Below, piece by piece: positions 38,334-58,336 of a stretch of DNA of 64,000 nucleotides. Location: the NCBI GenBank assembly GCA_051362555.1, contig CM120640.1, forward strand, positions 43,192,788 to 43,256,787. Direction: 5' to 3'. The stretch's first letter is position 1. Every line of letters starts with the position of its first letter. Source of the stretch: Lingula anatina (lineage: Eukaryota > Animalia > Brachiopoda). The position numbers were made by a program, and so were the translations under genes. The notes under the pieces are model-generated. The model had not been told where the DNA came from, made no database searches, and worked only from the letters and a program-made list of their open reading frames with translations.

Positions 38334-39740
38334 TCAACTGGGCACGGCATTCAGGTTATTTCTACTAAGCACCTGCCTGTCCGCCACCACGGCCACTCCG
38401 AACCCCGACTGGTCGGGCGGCGCGTAGCGGAGCGAATGCAGCAGTTTAAGGTTATCCACAGCAAGCGTGTTCACTCCCGACAGATCCTCCATCGCTGGTG
38501 GAATCCGCAGATACCTACATTTCTTAAGATCCTCCCACTGTTCCATTAATTTTCTTGCTTGTTCTTCTTCTGAAAGGTTTGCTAAGGAACTGAAGGAATT
38601 ATCACGTTCCATCAAGCGTCTGATGGCCTTTGGAGCCACAACAGATCTTTTGTTCTCTTTGCGATCATTTTTCGGTTTTTCTATTGATTTTATAATCTGT
38701 TCAGCATCCATTTGACTTGGGGGTCGGCTGGGGGGGTTTTCCGCTACCGTTCTTTGAACACGTTCTAGAAAATTATCTTTTTTAGTGCTGAATATTTTTG
38801 ACTGGAAGTCTTCTTCGCCGGCTAAAAATGCCCTCCTGCGAAGTTTATATGGGTCTATGCCAAACGTACTCCCAGTGGAAGAATCGGAAGAGGCCGACAT
38901 GTGTCTAGTCCGCTGAGGTTTTGATTCCTCTGCTTCCAATTTAGCTTGTTTTCTAGCAGCTTTTTCAGCGTCTTTTTCTGCTACAGCATGCGAGGAATAA
39001 GACAGATTCACGTTTCTGTGACCTAAAGCGGTTTGAGAACGTTGAAGCTGAGGTGGTGGTTCTTTTCTAGGTTTGGTACGTTGGCCAGCAGTGGTGGCCC
39101 GACGTTCTAGCAGTACGCGGGGTTTGCTGTCTTCAACCGAGGGTTTATTTTCACTGTCAGTCGGTGTTTCGACGGAAGCATCGATGGAACTCCGCCTCCT
39201 CTTGGATTCCGGGCAGGGAGAGTCTATGAACGCCCCTGATACGGAGTTGGCACGCCTCAGAGGTGCCGGGGGTGGCGGAGAGCTGCTAGCTGAAGTTAGC
39301 AGCCAGGAAGTTTCTCTTGGAGTCCTCTGCGTTCGAGGTGTGTTTTGGGGGGTCTTATTGGTCCTAGGAGGGGCACTTTTTGTCCTCTCCTTTTGGTTAA
39401 GCTTAAGTCTTCTTTGAGCGGCAGCAAGTTTCGATTCCGTATTCAAACTAAACGTAGTTATCATAGGTTTCATTTTGCCGTCCCTTTCGAGCTGTCTTAA
39501 ATCCATGATTTCATCCACGTCTAAATACGACTTGATTTTGGCGACTTTATCCTTAAACCGTCTGTACTTGTGGCGGACCACCTGATTCTCCAAATCTATG
39601 AGCTTGCAGGCATAGTCCTCTTCCAGAGAGAGCGTCTGCATTGTTTTTTCAAGGATTTGCTGTGCCTTCATGTTGAAAGTGACGGCTGCCACTTCTTTGT
39701 CGTTCCTCCTCCGACTCTTGGCCCGCACGACGTCGTCCAT
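38334..39740 (-). CDS. Uncharacterised 468-aa basic protein: N-terminal coiled coil, long disordered middle, C-terminal CRYLR motif (possibly CCDC190-related)
   Basis: 1.4-kb uninterrupted GC-richer ORF. The first ATG is at 39740, with an in-frame TAA upstream and a splice acceptor at 39767-39768, implying non-coding upstream exon(s). Motifs QILEKTMQTLSLEEDYACKLIDLENQVVR and WEDLKKCRYLRIP. The family assignment is tentative. Confidence 0.8.
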   Translation of the reverse strand: MDDVVRAKSRRRNDKEVAAVTFNMKAQQILEKTMQTLSLEEDYACKLIDLENQVVRHKYRRFKDKVAKIKSYLDVDEIMDLRQLERDGKMKPMITTFSLNTESKLAAAQRRLKLNQKERTKSAPPRTNKTPQNTPRTQRTPRETSWLLTSASSSPPPPAPLRRANSVSGAFIDSPCPESKRRRSSIDASVETPTDSENKPSVEDSKPRVLLERRATTAGQRTKPRKEPPPQLQRSQTALGHRNVNLSYSSHAVAEKDAEKAARKQAKLEAEESKPQRTRHMSASSDSSTGSTFGIDPYKLRRRAFLAGEEDFQSKIFSTKKDNFLERVQRTVAENPPSRPPSQMDAEQIIKSIEKPKNDRKENKRSVVAPKAIRRLMERDNSFSSLANLSEEEQARKLMEQWEDLKKCRYLRIPPAMEDLSGVNTLAVDNLKLLHSLRYAPPDQSGFGVAVVADRQVLSRNNLNAVPS

Positions 39741-42700
39741 GTTGAAGTTCACGTTAGATTAACCCACTGAAATGCAAAAATAATGATGATTTAGAGAAAA
39801 ACATAGTCAAACTACTACTTAGTATAGCGCTAGTGTGAAAGTGTTTATAGATACTTAAGTGTGTGTATATGTATGAGAATTACTTTTTCGTGTCCATACC
39901 ACGAGACAAGCATAACATATTTGAAATGAAAAAGAAATTTGCCCTTTTAGATAACAGTATTAACCTCTGTCTAGAAACCCCCCAGCGGGGCTGGAGGGTT
40001 ACAATATAATATTAGTTTACTTGTTATTTCATTTCTGATCACTGTGTGCGTGTGTCTGTCGTGTGCACGCGCGAGTGATTGTGTGACTGTGTTCTTGCAT
40101 CTTTGTTTTCACACCTACATGATGCGTGCATGCACACCCGTATACATGCATTTTTGTTTGAACGCCTTTTAATTTAAGAAATCGCATATTTCGGATGTTA
40201 TTTTAAAACATGACTCCACGTGATTTTAACTTGCAAAGAGCTGCTTACCAAATTCCGACCTCCTGCGTCGCGTCACGCGTGCAAAGATACACGTACTAGT
40301 ACGCAAATTCAACGTTAATAAAAAATCCCTTCTATGCATTACTTAAATACAGTCCCGACAAAGTGTTAAACTAACCATTCAACTAACTGAAACACCACAT
40401 TGGCACAGTTTCACGTTCAAGCATCGCAATAAATCTCTCTCGGAATTTCTATGGCTGTTTTTGTAAAGTATCCTCAACAGTTGTTTGAATACAAGCCGTT
40501 GTTAGGCTGTTGTTACGGAAGATCAGAGTAACCAGTTGATGGCTGAGGTATTCTAGGCTGAAATCTATGCAAAATGAAGTGGTATATGAACAGAAAGCTG
40601 CATATCAATAACTCTGATTCCCTCCTAATTTCCGTTTATTTAGATCGTTGTGCTGGGAGGTCGATTATGCAGCTTCCTCAGTACACACAGCGATCGTAGA
40701 TTGCCAACGACTTGATAACCCAATTAATATTAGAATTAATCGTGATCAAGGCAACAGACCTTTAAAAACTACTGGAAATAATTCATGTAGAGGCTGGGCA
40801 CGCGACCGCCGAGCCAGTTTTATGATTCAATATTACTACCCTAAAATTATCCGAAAGAATTTTATATAATCAAGTAAGCCAAGCGGCTGCTTTTCAGCAA
40901 AAAGAAGAAACACTTTATAACAGATGGTTTTACACATGTGAGTGTTTTTTCAGGATTTAAGGGAAAATTGAAATAGATTGAGCTTCAAACTAAATTAAGA
41001 ACAAACTCAATGTGGTCGCTTTTTACCGTAATGACTGCGTCAGTTCAAACTATCACTGGGCTGATTTTGCAGTGCAGGTTTGCCGCCAGTTTATACAAAA
41101 CGGTACAAAATTGACAGCTTGAAAAGCCCAAATTTACACACAATTGTTGTCGATTACTATTATTTTAAGGATTACTTTTCCAAATCAATATCTTAATATA
41201 GACCTGCTCATTGTGATTTTTACATTTCCTGATAGATTGTGTCTGTAAAATAAATAGTGGCATCAGCGCCAATCCCATTTTTATATCACTCACCGTGATC
41301 GATCATACAGAGATTATCTCTTGTATACCATAACGACCAACCCCTCACGTAAGCTTCCTAGGAGTGAGCATGCTTACCGCGCGTCGGCTAGAATACGCAC
41401 AATGGCTTTTTTGAGACTTAAGCTCTTGTTTGATTATTAAACTCCACCTGTCTCCCTCGGCTGACTGGTTACGTTTCACCTCCTTTTCGCATTCCCCCTT
41501 GCAATGTTGACCCCCGGCCGTATGACATTATTCTTATTTTCATTGTGTTGTTTCAATTTCCAAAACCCGATACTGTACACATGCATTCTACTATGTGTGA
41601 CGTCACGTCGCTATTCTGGGCGATTTCAAAACCATTAGTTTGTGGGATAAAAAGAATAACAGAAGCGATTGATCCAATTAGAAATGCCTTTCACGCTCTG
41701 TGTATCTAATTTTCGACAACCTTGCCCTATATTCCTCGTGTTTTGATACTGTAACAAACCCATTGCCGAAAGTGCATTATTTCTCATCACCAATATTGTA
41801 TCGTGAAAATGAAAAGAAAAATGACTGCGTCGCGCTTCAGCCGAAGCTTTTTTCAGTATGGGCATACCGTGTGCCTCATTGGTTCTAGTTATCGCAAACA
41901 CTGGTTTCTAGCCTTTGTTATAATTATTCATTAAATTCAAAGCCTCCAATAAGCAAAATATTCCAAAACAATAGTTAAAAGTCTGCGACAAGCTCAGCAG
42001 TTGAATAATACAGCTTAAATTTCTACCCTGGGAGTTGATATCGTTGTGTCAGTACTGTTTAAATCACGGTGGCCTATGCCCCCTTTTCTCTGTGGCCTGT
42101 TTTCACACAGAAAATGTAAATTTGATCATCAGATTATCGGTCTGCGTCATTCTTTACTTAAATGAAGTGAGCATCAAACCCAACGTCAGAACTGTCTGAT
42201 TTACTCTAATCCTTCTAAAATGAAGTTCATCGTATGGATAGATTAAGGGGACAACCCCGAAGTCGCGTGAAGATCTGAAATGTCAACACACACTGACATG
42301 CACGCCTCGGATCTCCTGGCGTGATGTGAAAATAACAATTTTGTGTTGGCAATCAGATAGTGATGCGAATATTGCATCTTTCTCGAACCCTATGTCACTG
42401 GTGCAATTAAATCCTCTTCTAACCTGTGAGAAGTCAATCGCTTGCTTTTGTGAGTTACTTCACAAAATTCTCGACTATGCTATTCAATTCCTCAACATAT
42501 TAACAGGACCCTGAGAAATAAATTGATGGATGAAAGCAGGGAAGTTACTAGAGCGACATAAAGAAGTGACCAGAATGTTAGGGAGATTACTCACACTTGA
42601 ACCGTACCCCCAATGTGGAAAGTCAAGAAGTACACATGACAAAAGATCAATTTTTCACATGCCAGCAATGTTTGCGGCAAGTGCCAGGTTTTCCTCGAAA

Positions 42701-43379
42701 TAATGAACTGATTTTACGCGAAAAATTACAGTTTCCACACCGGCTATAAAAGTTTAGCAGTATTGTAAAATTTATTGGTAGCTATAGCATTAATGTCTCT
42801 GAGGTCGTCATTAATTTGCAACAAAACCCTTAGCTGAATATAGCGGATTTATTATCGTAACCAGAAAACACGTGAACGAAACAACCGCTGTTTGAATTAA
42901 ACAGAAACTTCCATCGCCTGTAATAACAATAATTATTGCAACTTTTATGTGTTGCGTAATGCACTGAGCGTGTAATTGTGTACTTTTTCTTTAGCGTCAT
43001 TGAACAAAATGGTCTCCTGTGCATGCTCAGCTGTCAATGCATCGATCTAAATATTTCGCGGATATCAAAACATTCGCTTGTGACTTTTCTTCTTTCGTGA
43101 TTAAACACGTAAGTCTGGAAAAATACTATGATACTTTAACGTGCTCCTCCATAATTACATCTGTCTGCAAAAAGTGTCATGGAACAAATAGACAATGTTC
43201 CCACCCAAGCAATTCTATTTTTACGTATCATGTTACCGGCGCAGATGTAACAGAGATACTTTTAACCTAACGATTGGCCATGTATCTGAATTTCGTTTTC
43301 CTTTTCTATGAGTATTAACAAATGTTTGCATGTTTCTACCATTGCCGATAGGAGTTATAAGTGCTTAATAATTGACGAC

Positions 43380-43893
43380 AGGGGCATCAATCCTTTACAG
43401 AAGTCTGAAGTCATTTGGTACGTAAATCCCACTTACTTAAATGTAAGCTTAGAATCGGAACGCGAGCTTTTGTCAGCTGATTGATTACTACACGAAATAA
43501 TCAGCAATCAACAATCACGGGTCAAACTCAGTGCTAATTAAAGGTAGGGTATTTCAATCGTGTTCATATAACAGCATATCGATCAAACAACTAACTTTTA
43601 ATGACTTACTGTGTCACTACTACTTTTATTATAACAGCGACATAAAGGCAATACTTTACTAAAATGGTTTGCAAAAATGTGTAAATAAAATTCAGACCCT
43701 GTCCAAATTTCCTTACTTCATATTTTACTATATACTTTATTTTCAACTTTTTACTACTTTGTTATTTTTTCCCAAAATTCTTAATTTTTCCATAATATTA
43801 ATCATTCGTTGTCTTTTTTAACGTTATTCGCGTCAGAGTCAACATCATTATTATCATTATTACTTCAGACTTCTGTAAAGGATTGATGCCCCT
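43380..43893. mobile_element. MITE with perfect 32-bp TIRs
   Basis: AGGGGCATCAATCCTTTACAGAAGTCTGAAGT (43380-43411) and its exact reverse complement (43862-43893) enclose an AT-rich non-coding interior. No intact TSD is visible. Confidence 0.8.
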
Positions 43894-46800
43894 TAGAGAA
43901 AAATGTAAGCCAAGAAACCACCTTACCCGTTTCTGAAAACATTTAAAAGAACACACCTGTTTTGTAATAACATCTTTAAGAAAATAACTCTCTAACTCTG
44001 TGTTCTGCTCTATTTCGACTTAAAATGTTTTTATTCGTTGCATAATAGTCATAAAAAGTATAAACACCACTTCTTATAGTGAACATATCTTTTGACGACG
44101 AAAAGAAATAAGCGCGGTCTATAGGTTATATTCAGGTCCAAAGAACAGTATTTTTTATCATAGTCAAGGAGCAATTTAGATAAAAGGCCAAGAAAAAACT
44201 TGTAGCACGAGGTGTAAGGGGATACCGTGGGATTTCAGACACAATGATAAACTTTGCCTCAGTCGGCGTGGGAGACCAGATTATTGTAGGTATACACCAT
44301 TATCTTGTCCGTCTTGTCTGTTTACCCCAGTGATGGTGATAACAGTGATAGGCCTACCATACTTCCGTCACTATATCAAGCTCTAAAAACAAAATTCTCA
44401 AGTGTGTGAAATCTTGCAGTATACCTGTAATGTCTGATCATACAAAAGGAAATAACGAAAAACAGTTAATCTTCTAGGCTGTGTATTTTACATACCTGTG
44501 TCTCATGTTACATGGGTCGCTATCTTGAAATGATGAGCCATGGTGGCTTTGTGCGTCTTCCTTTTTTCTTCTGTGATGATCAAGTCAGACATCAGCTCGG
44601 GGCCATCTAGAATATATACCGTAACAGCGGTTCTTTTTATAAATCACGACTTCAGTAATACATATACCTGTTACAGTAAGAATTCGTACCGCAGGTATAT
44701 TGTCTTACGTTACTTGTTCCACACTATGAATGACCTCTAACTTTTCGAGTTAAATCGATCATGATTGGCTACCTTTTATCACCTAGTAACTGAGGGCTTC
44801 CGTAAACACACGCGCGGGCTGTCCTTTGCCCCTTTGAGCGAAAACACTACAAGGTAGTGCTAAAGATACAAGTGACATAAACAAGTAATTGACGGGGGCA
44901 TGGAAAAGAGAAGAAAAGAAAATACAATCACTTAAAGGTGTTTTGTTAGAGATTTATCACCTCAAAATTCACGCCATTGTTTAAGAAAATAACTGATGGA
45001 CCGGAAAAAGTTGTAAAATGAAGAATTACACAGCTAATACAATAAGCTGGATTGGCGGTAAAAATAAACTGCATGGATAGTTGGATTTGACCAAACTAAA
45101 CATGTGATTTGTATCCGCTTACGTTGGCCTGGGGAGGTTCTTTGTGAAAGATATTTGTTCTATCAATAGACAAATTTGCTATATCGATTCAGATTTCATA
45201 AAGGTATGGACCCGAGAGCTTGCTCTCCGGATTTGGCTTATGCTCTCTTTGCTATAATTAAACTGCAAAAACATTGTTGGAAAGAGCTCACCGAGTTACC
45301 CATTTTACACTGCATCTTACCTGATGGTTGAGATTTTTGTAGAAACTCATTGGAGCTTGTGAAACGGTACCTTATGACAACTATGAGTCAACATCTTTTG
45401 AGAAAGATTTCTAAATAACAATGATTGAATAGAATGTCATGTGTTAGTCTGTTTCTTTGCCCTTTGATCTCAGTGAGAGTTTACAGGTGGATCTATTTCG
45501 GTTGGAGTTTAGTAGATATTTGTTCTCAATCGTTCAAGAAATATTTTTTCCATAATAAGAAAGGATTAAATCACTTCTGTCCGCTATGAGATTGAAGCAT
45601 CGTTTTCAGATCATGGTTAATGCTAATGGTTCGGTGCTACTGTTTGAACATCGGCAGAAGTCAATTCGAGCAACCGACTCCTAGCTACTTATTCTTCCAG
45701 CGTTAATATTATTTTCAGAAAGAAGTTAGCAAATACGTATGTCGAGAAGCGCATTCAAAAAATTAATCATTTTAATTCTTCTTGAATAAATAGAGAAAGT
45801 GACAGTATCTTTGACGATGAGGTGAGCAAATACCGAGGTTTAAATGCGTTTTCATAGAATCACGCTTAGGGAGAATATCAGAAGGTAACTTTTATCAACG
45901 TTGTAATAATGTAAATACATCAGGGTCTATTTCTCATTACTTGTAGATGTAGACTTGCATAGTGCATAGTGTTAGGCACACTGTGTGAAGTTATGCAGCA
46001 CTGCACAAGAACAGGTGAGCTGTCTCACAGTATCTAGTGTAATCCCAACCGACGACAACCCCCTACACGTCCACCTACACACACGCACCGAACGCGCAAA
46101 TCGTATCCCGGGAGGACTTGAGATATACCATTAAATCTTCTGTGTAAATTTACAAATATAAAAGTGAGTGATTGATTTTCTTCATTAAAAAAAGGCACGC
46201 ATCGCGTTAGTGTCCAAATGTATCAGCTCAGTTAGTTTCCAGCTGTATCTTTGGGAATCCCATGGTATGCACGCGTCATTTTTGCTGTCAATAACGCGAG
46301 GTCTGTGATAAATGGACTGTTGGGTGTGGAACCTGCTGTTAAATATTACATACGTGGTTATCATACAGCAACGTGAACTACCCAACAAAATTCAGCTGAT
46401 GGCGTGTATATGTCAAAGACATACATATAAAAGTACATCTGCTTTTAAGATTGAATGGAAGTAAGTGGTTCTCAAAGAATCACATTAACAATCGATTCCA
46501 CCTGCAGTGAATAAATTTTGTTTCTCAAAACGGTTCTACTTTATATCGTGAAAATAATGTATTTTTACGCTACATGTATGAACACTGGAACAAAATAAAT
46601 CGATTCTTTTAAACAAACATATTATCCTCGTGACAGCCTAAAACTCTAAGCAATATGAGGCAGATTGGAATTGATTTTACTGATTAAGTCCTCATTTTAC
46701 ACAGTATCTGTAGCGCCTGTGATCACACTTTGCAGCAAGTGGCTACAGCATACACTCCTTGGTTGGGCGAGTTGCGATTCCTTCCATTAATAGCCAGGCA

Positions 46801-47450
46801 GTGATGATCACCTCCCCATGTTCCTAAGATAAAAAATAATCATTATCTCAGCTGGGTACTATAGTACATTAAAAATATAAAGACACACTTCTTCACAGAT
46901 TACTTCTTTCCACCTCACGGTAAGCCGAATTCGAAATTATTGTCACGTAATTGAGAAAAGATGCAACCGGTTATTTTTACATTTATAATTGTAAGTGAAA
47001 TTAGATGTCGCACCCAGTGAATATTTATTGATACTCGCAAAAAGCATTATCAACGTGCATATGTTGTAATAAATGAACATTTACATTTTGTAATATATGA
47101 ACAATCATATGCACGTCAGTCGCTGAGCTTGTTTCACTTAATTACCGTTAACTTTTTGGTATTTTCTTTCTTCTCAGTTTTCTTGTTCATTCATTTTTTT
47201 ATTTAAAAACAAATGTTCTTGTGTGTTTTGAGTGTGTTTTCCGAGTTCATCTGTTCAGAAGCCCGAAGTGTCTGAAGCGATCTGACGTCATGACGTCTTG
47301 GTTGTACCCTGCTGTGACATCATAAACCCATGACGTCATTATCTTGACTACATAGTGTTTTGCATACATAATTGTTTGCGAGTAGACAGGCAAAAGTATT
47401 GGCGAATTTGTGGACAATGTTTGTTCTTTCTTACCTAGTGTTTTTTGCAG

Positions 47451-48745
47451 TTCAGTGCTGCAGTGACTTCATCAAGCAGCGGGGCGTTGCTGCTAAGGTA
47501 AAACGCATTTTCTCAGTAGATAATACAGTAAAAATTAACACATGTATGTCGGATCCGGAAAAGGTGAGAAAGAAAGTGATTGTTGATTTATCCCCTTAAT
47601 CATATTCGATCTTGAGAAAAAGCCCAAAATTCACATTTCTACGATCAACTTTTACCAAATCATTGTATTACATCTTATTTTTCCATTTATCTTTTCAGAC
47701 GGGCGATGCAATTGAAGATATAAGGTAAGCTACTTAATTTAGTCAGTTTATTTCACATTAATTAACGATATTAAAATGTATTATATTAACACATTTGTAT
47801 GGTCTATGTTACAAGTGATCCAATTTACTAACCACCAATGGTATGAAATTCATTGTTGAGTCAATCATTTTTATCAAACTTAACATAACAGTGTTCAAAA
47901 CAGAAAATAAAGTAGCGTCATTTACTTTATTTCATGCATAGCATGCCTAGGAAATTTTACTTCACTGATGTGGAGAAATTAGACTATGCTGAGCAAACCA
48001 AAGACCCAAGAGAGTTCTTTGACGTAGTCACTAACTTGGATATTTCTGGGATAGAGCTGTGGGAAATAATAGAGGACCGCATAAAGAGGGCCAAAATGGA
48101 GGGGGTAAAAGATTTAATTAGACTACTAATGAATTCATGATTGCAATTTTTTGTGGTTCATTTGGAGCAAGACAAATAAAATCAATGAAGTTTTTAAAAT
48201 CTTTTTTTTTTTTTTTTGTGTAGATACTTAATAAGTCTTGGACAAAATAGTCCATTATTATGTTTTCTTTTCTAATACACATTTGACTGACAATGTCTAC
48301 TTTCTTTTGCATATTGTAACATTGTGTGGGGTGTTTACTTCATAAAATACATTTACTTAGACAATGATCACTTTTTGAAAATAGTTCACAATTATGTTTA
48401 TAACTTTCAGGATGAAGATTTTGCAACAGAGCTTGGGATATTGGTTGAGTAAGTACATCTATAGTGAAACTGATGTATGGGAATAGTTATGTATAATATG
48501 CAAGAAAAAATTATGACATCTTAGATATGAGAAACATTGTTTACGGTGCATGCAGTGTGACCTTTTGTTCAGAATGCAGATACATAGAAATTCTGATTTT
48601 TTAATATTTGAGTTCCTTCAACTTCTTGGTTCCTTTCATCAAAATATTTTACTTATGCACCTTCTCTTTCAGCTCTGCTGGCTTACAGCTGACTATGCCC
48701 TACCAGTGGTTTTTGTGGCACTGCCAGGATGGGGAACAGGGTTAA
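47451..48745 (+). CDS. Small multi-exon protein of unknown function; 5' end uncertain
   Basis: Exons 47451-47497, 47699-47724, 47942-48104, 48411-48448 and 48673-48745 have GT-AG junctions and consistent phases (0,2,0,2). Product: QCCSDFIKQRGVAAKTGDAIEDISMPRKFYFTDVEKLDYAEQTKDPREFFDVVTNLDISGIELWEIIEDRIKRAKMEGDEDFATELGILVDSAGLQLTMPYQWFLWHCQDGEQG*. Confidence 0.7.
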
Positions 48746-48779
48746 ATCCCTGAACATATCTACATACACTGAAGATGGG

Positions 48780-48996
48780 GAAAATTGAACTATTTATCTA
48801 CTTGACACTTTCTTATTACTTAAAAATATCTATAAAATATCTGTTGTTTCCTTCTCTCTATATATACTGTATATACTGTGACTGAATAGTCAAGTGGAGA
48901 AAACTAAACTATTTATCTACTTAACATTTTCTTATTACTTACAAATATCCATAAAATATCTGTTGTTTCTCTCTGTATATATACTGTGACTGAATA
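48780..48996. repeat. Imperfect tandem duplication, ~120-bp period
   Basis: AACTATTTATCTACTT.ACA.TTTCTTATTACTTA.AAATATC.ATAAAATATCTGTTGTTTC...ATATACTGTGACTGAATA occurs twice. Confidence 0.85.
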
Positions 48997-49236
48997 TTCA
49001 AATCAAAATATAAATGTACATATTTTTGTTTCCTTTGTAACGAATAACAGTATTATGAAGTCAGATTTTGTTTGTGATTTTCTTTTTTCCATCAATTTTA
49101 GTTTCATTTTGGCATTTAAATATAAGAAAAATATCATAGCATCAGTTTTTCAAGAACAGTCAAGTAAATGCATAAATTGGCTGCATTGGGTATGGTAATG
49201 ACTCCACCTTTCCAATTTCCAAGTCCACATGTTAGT

Positions 49237-56074
<6,838 letters not shown>

Positions 56075-58286
56075 CCTTTAACTTCAATAATCACTTCCCA
56101 GGCTGCTTCTATAAAAACGTCAGACCAAATTATCTAAAATAATCATTTTTTGAAGTGTTCTACAATTTTGATATAACAGACAAAATGTTAGTTGTAAATG
56201 TTTTATCAATCATCGACTTCTTTTGTGGGAAGCATTTACATTTACACACAACGAATGAAAAAAGAAATATGGGCGCCTTCAAACAAAATTATCAATACTT
56301 TACAACTTATTGAAGAAATTGTGGTATAAGCTTAATGCATTTCTTACTCACCATACCTGCCTTCAGTGTGATAATAGTGCACTTGGGATATCTTATCAGG
56401 TCCAAGCACAGTTGACAAGGGTTAAAGCTGGGACACAGTTGTGTAAGCAATTTCATGGCAGCTGCACTCATGACAGTATATTTCTCATCACCCCGGCCCC
56501 AATAATTTTAATCGAAATTCCAAGAGAACTAGATAGTAATTCATGTATGTTCCAACACTTTTGACAGCATACTTTCTACCAGTGTTTAAATCAAATCGTC
56601 AGCTAGACATTTCTCCTGGCCATCTACATTTATAATTTTTCTCAATATAGAATGTGTAAAAGTCACTTTATAACACCAAGATGTTGATTCAAAGCAGGTA
56701 TTTATTTCACTGTTTTTCAGTTAAACCTACAATTAGTCATTTAATTTGTAAGCGTTCACATTTTTATAAATTTGTTTTCACCTCAAAATTAATTGTCTCA
56801 ACAAAGCTGGTTTATTTCCTAAACCATTAAAAAAAGAAAATTGTTTTGCATTAAAAATTACTTTTTGTTTAACCCAAAAAGAGAACAATCTCAGGGCATG
56901 CTTTTCTTTGCACAAATATTGTCATACATATATAACTTATAGGAAATAATCCAATACCTGTTATAATATCTAAAAGTTCCATCCTATAGACAAACCAGTA
57001 CAATATTTGGGAATAAAGGTAATACTATTCTTTTCTTAAAATTATTGCTTGCAGTGTTCTTTACGTTACAAAAAACATGCTTCTACACATTACTGAGTGA
57101 AAGTATTTTTTCCATGATAATAATTCAATTTTTTTAATATTTGTCACCATATCTATATAATTTTTTGTAACAATTTCCAAGATAAATTCTATTATTATCA
57201 TAACATGTAAAACAGCCAAATACATCAGTACATTATCTGCAAACTTAATTTAAAAATTACAAGTTATTTCACCATTCAAAAAAAAATCAATTTTCACAAA
57301 CAAAACAAAATTAACCACTTTGTTAACTTAAACACATCAAGTATAATTTCTTTTAACAGTTACCAACATCATAAGTTCATGTACTTATTTCAAACATAAA
57401 TGGATATGTTTATTCTATATGTAGTGAATACAGTAAAACCAAATACTAAAATACAGATTACTAAAATTATACCGATTCAAACAAATTTCAAGCAGTAACA
57501 AACACTTATTTTGAATTATATTTTACGTCAATTTAACTATTAGTCTAAATGATTCCAAAACTAAAGCAAATACAATTGTTGTAGTAAAATTTCACTTCAT
57601 TCTTGACAGACTAACCTTACTAAAGAAATGTTTATACACTGGATATTCAGAGATTCTGATACAATCTCAGGGCAGGCAACAATTCTTAGACCCTGCTTAT
57701 TCATATTGAAGATATGCACTGTTCAAATCTTTGTCATCAAAAGAAAAATAAAAAAACACAAAATAAAGAAATTAAAACAAGATAAAAGAGATGCGTATGT
57801 TAGGATTTACAATTTCCATATCTTACCGCCAGATCTAGACCAACACAAAGAGCCTAGAAGGCTAGACGACAAGTCCAGACATGTGCTTAACATCACTTCC
57901 TAAACACCTAAGCATGACATGACCACCGTCAGATCATGAGCCTAGCAACTGTGACATGGCAGGATGACCTTGACAACTGTGAAATGCCAGGACCTTTTGA
58001 TAGGAGGTGTCCATCACATTTCTACAAAGGGTCTGAATTAACACTATAAACACTCTATCAATTATCCTAGACAAAAATCAATTCCTGCATGTCTGATTCT
58101 GATGAAAACCTTATCAATGTAACCCTTTGGGTACACCATACATTATCCACTACACTAAAACCATTTGTAAAGGCACCCTGGCTCACAACGAAAAGATTCC
58201 AATGCACCCATTCTAAAGGGTACACATCTTACAACTGCACGTCACATCTATTTTAACCATCCTTATTTTAGCCTGCCCCCCCCCGA

Positions 58287-58289
58287 AAA

Positions 58290-58336
<47 letters not shown>
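58287..58336. repeat. (AAAT)n microsatellite
   Basis: Visible directly in the sequence. Confidence 0.95.
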
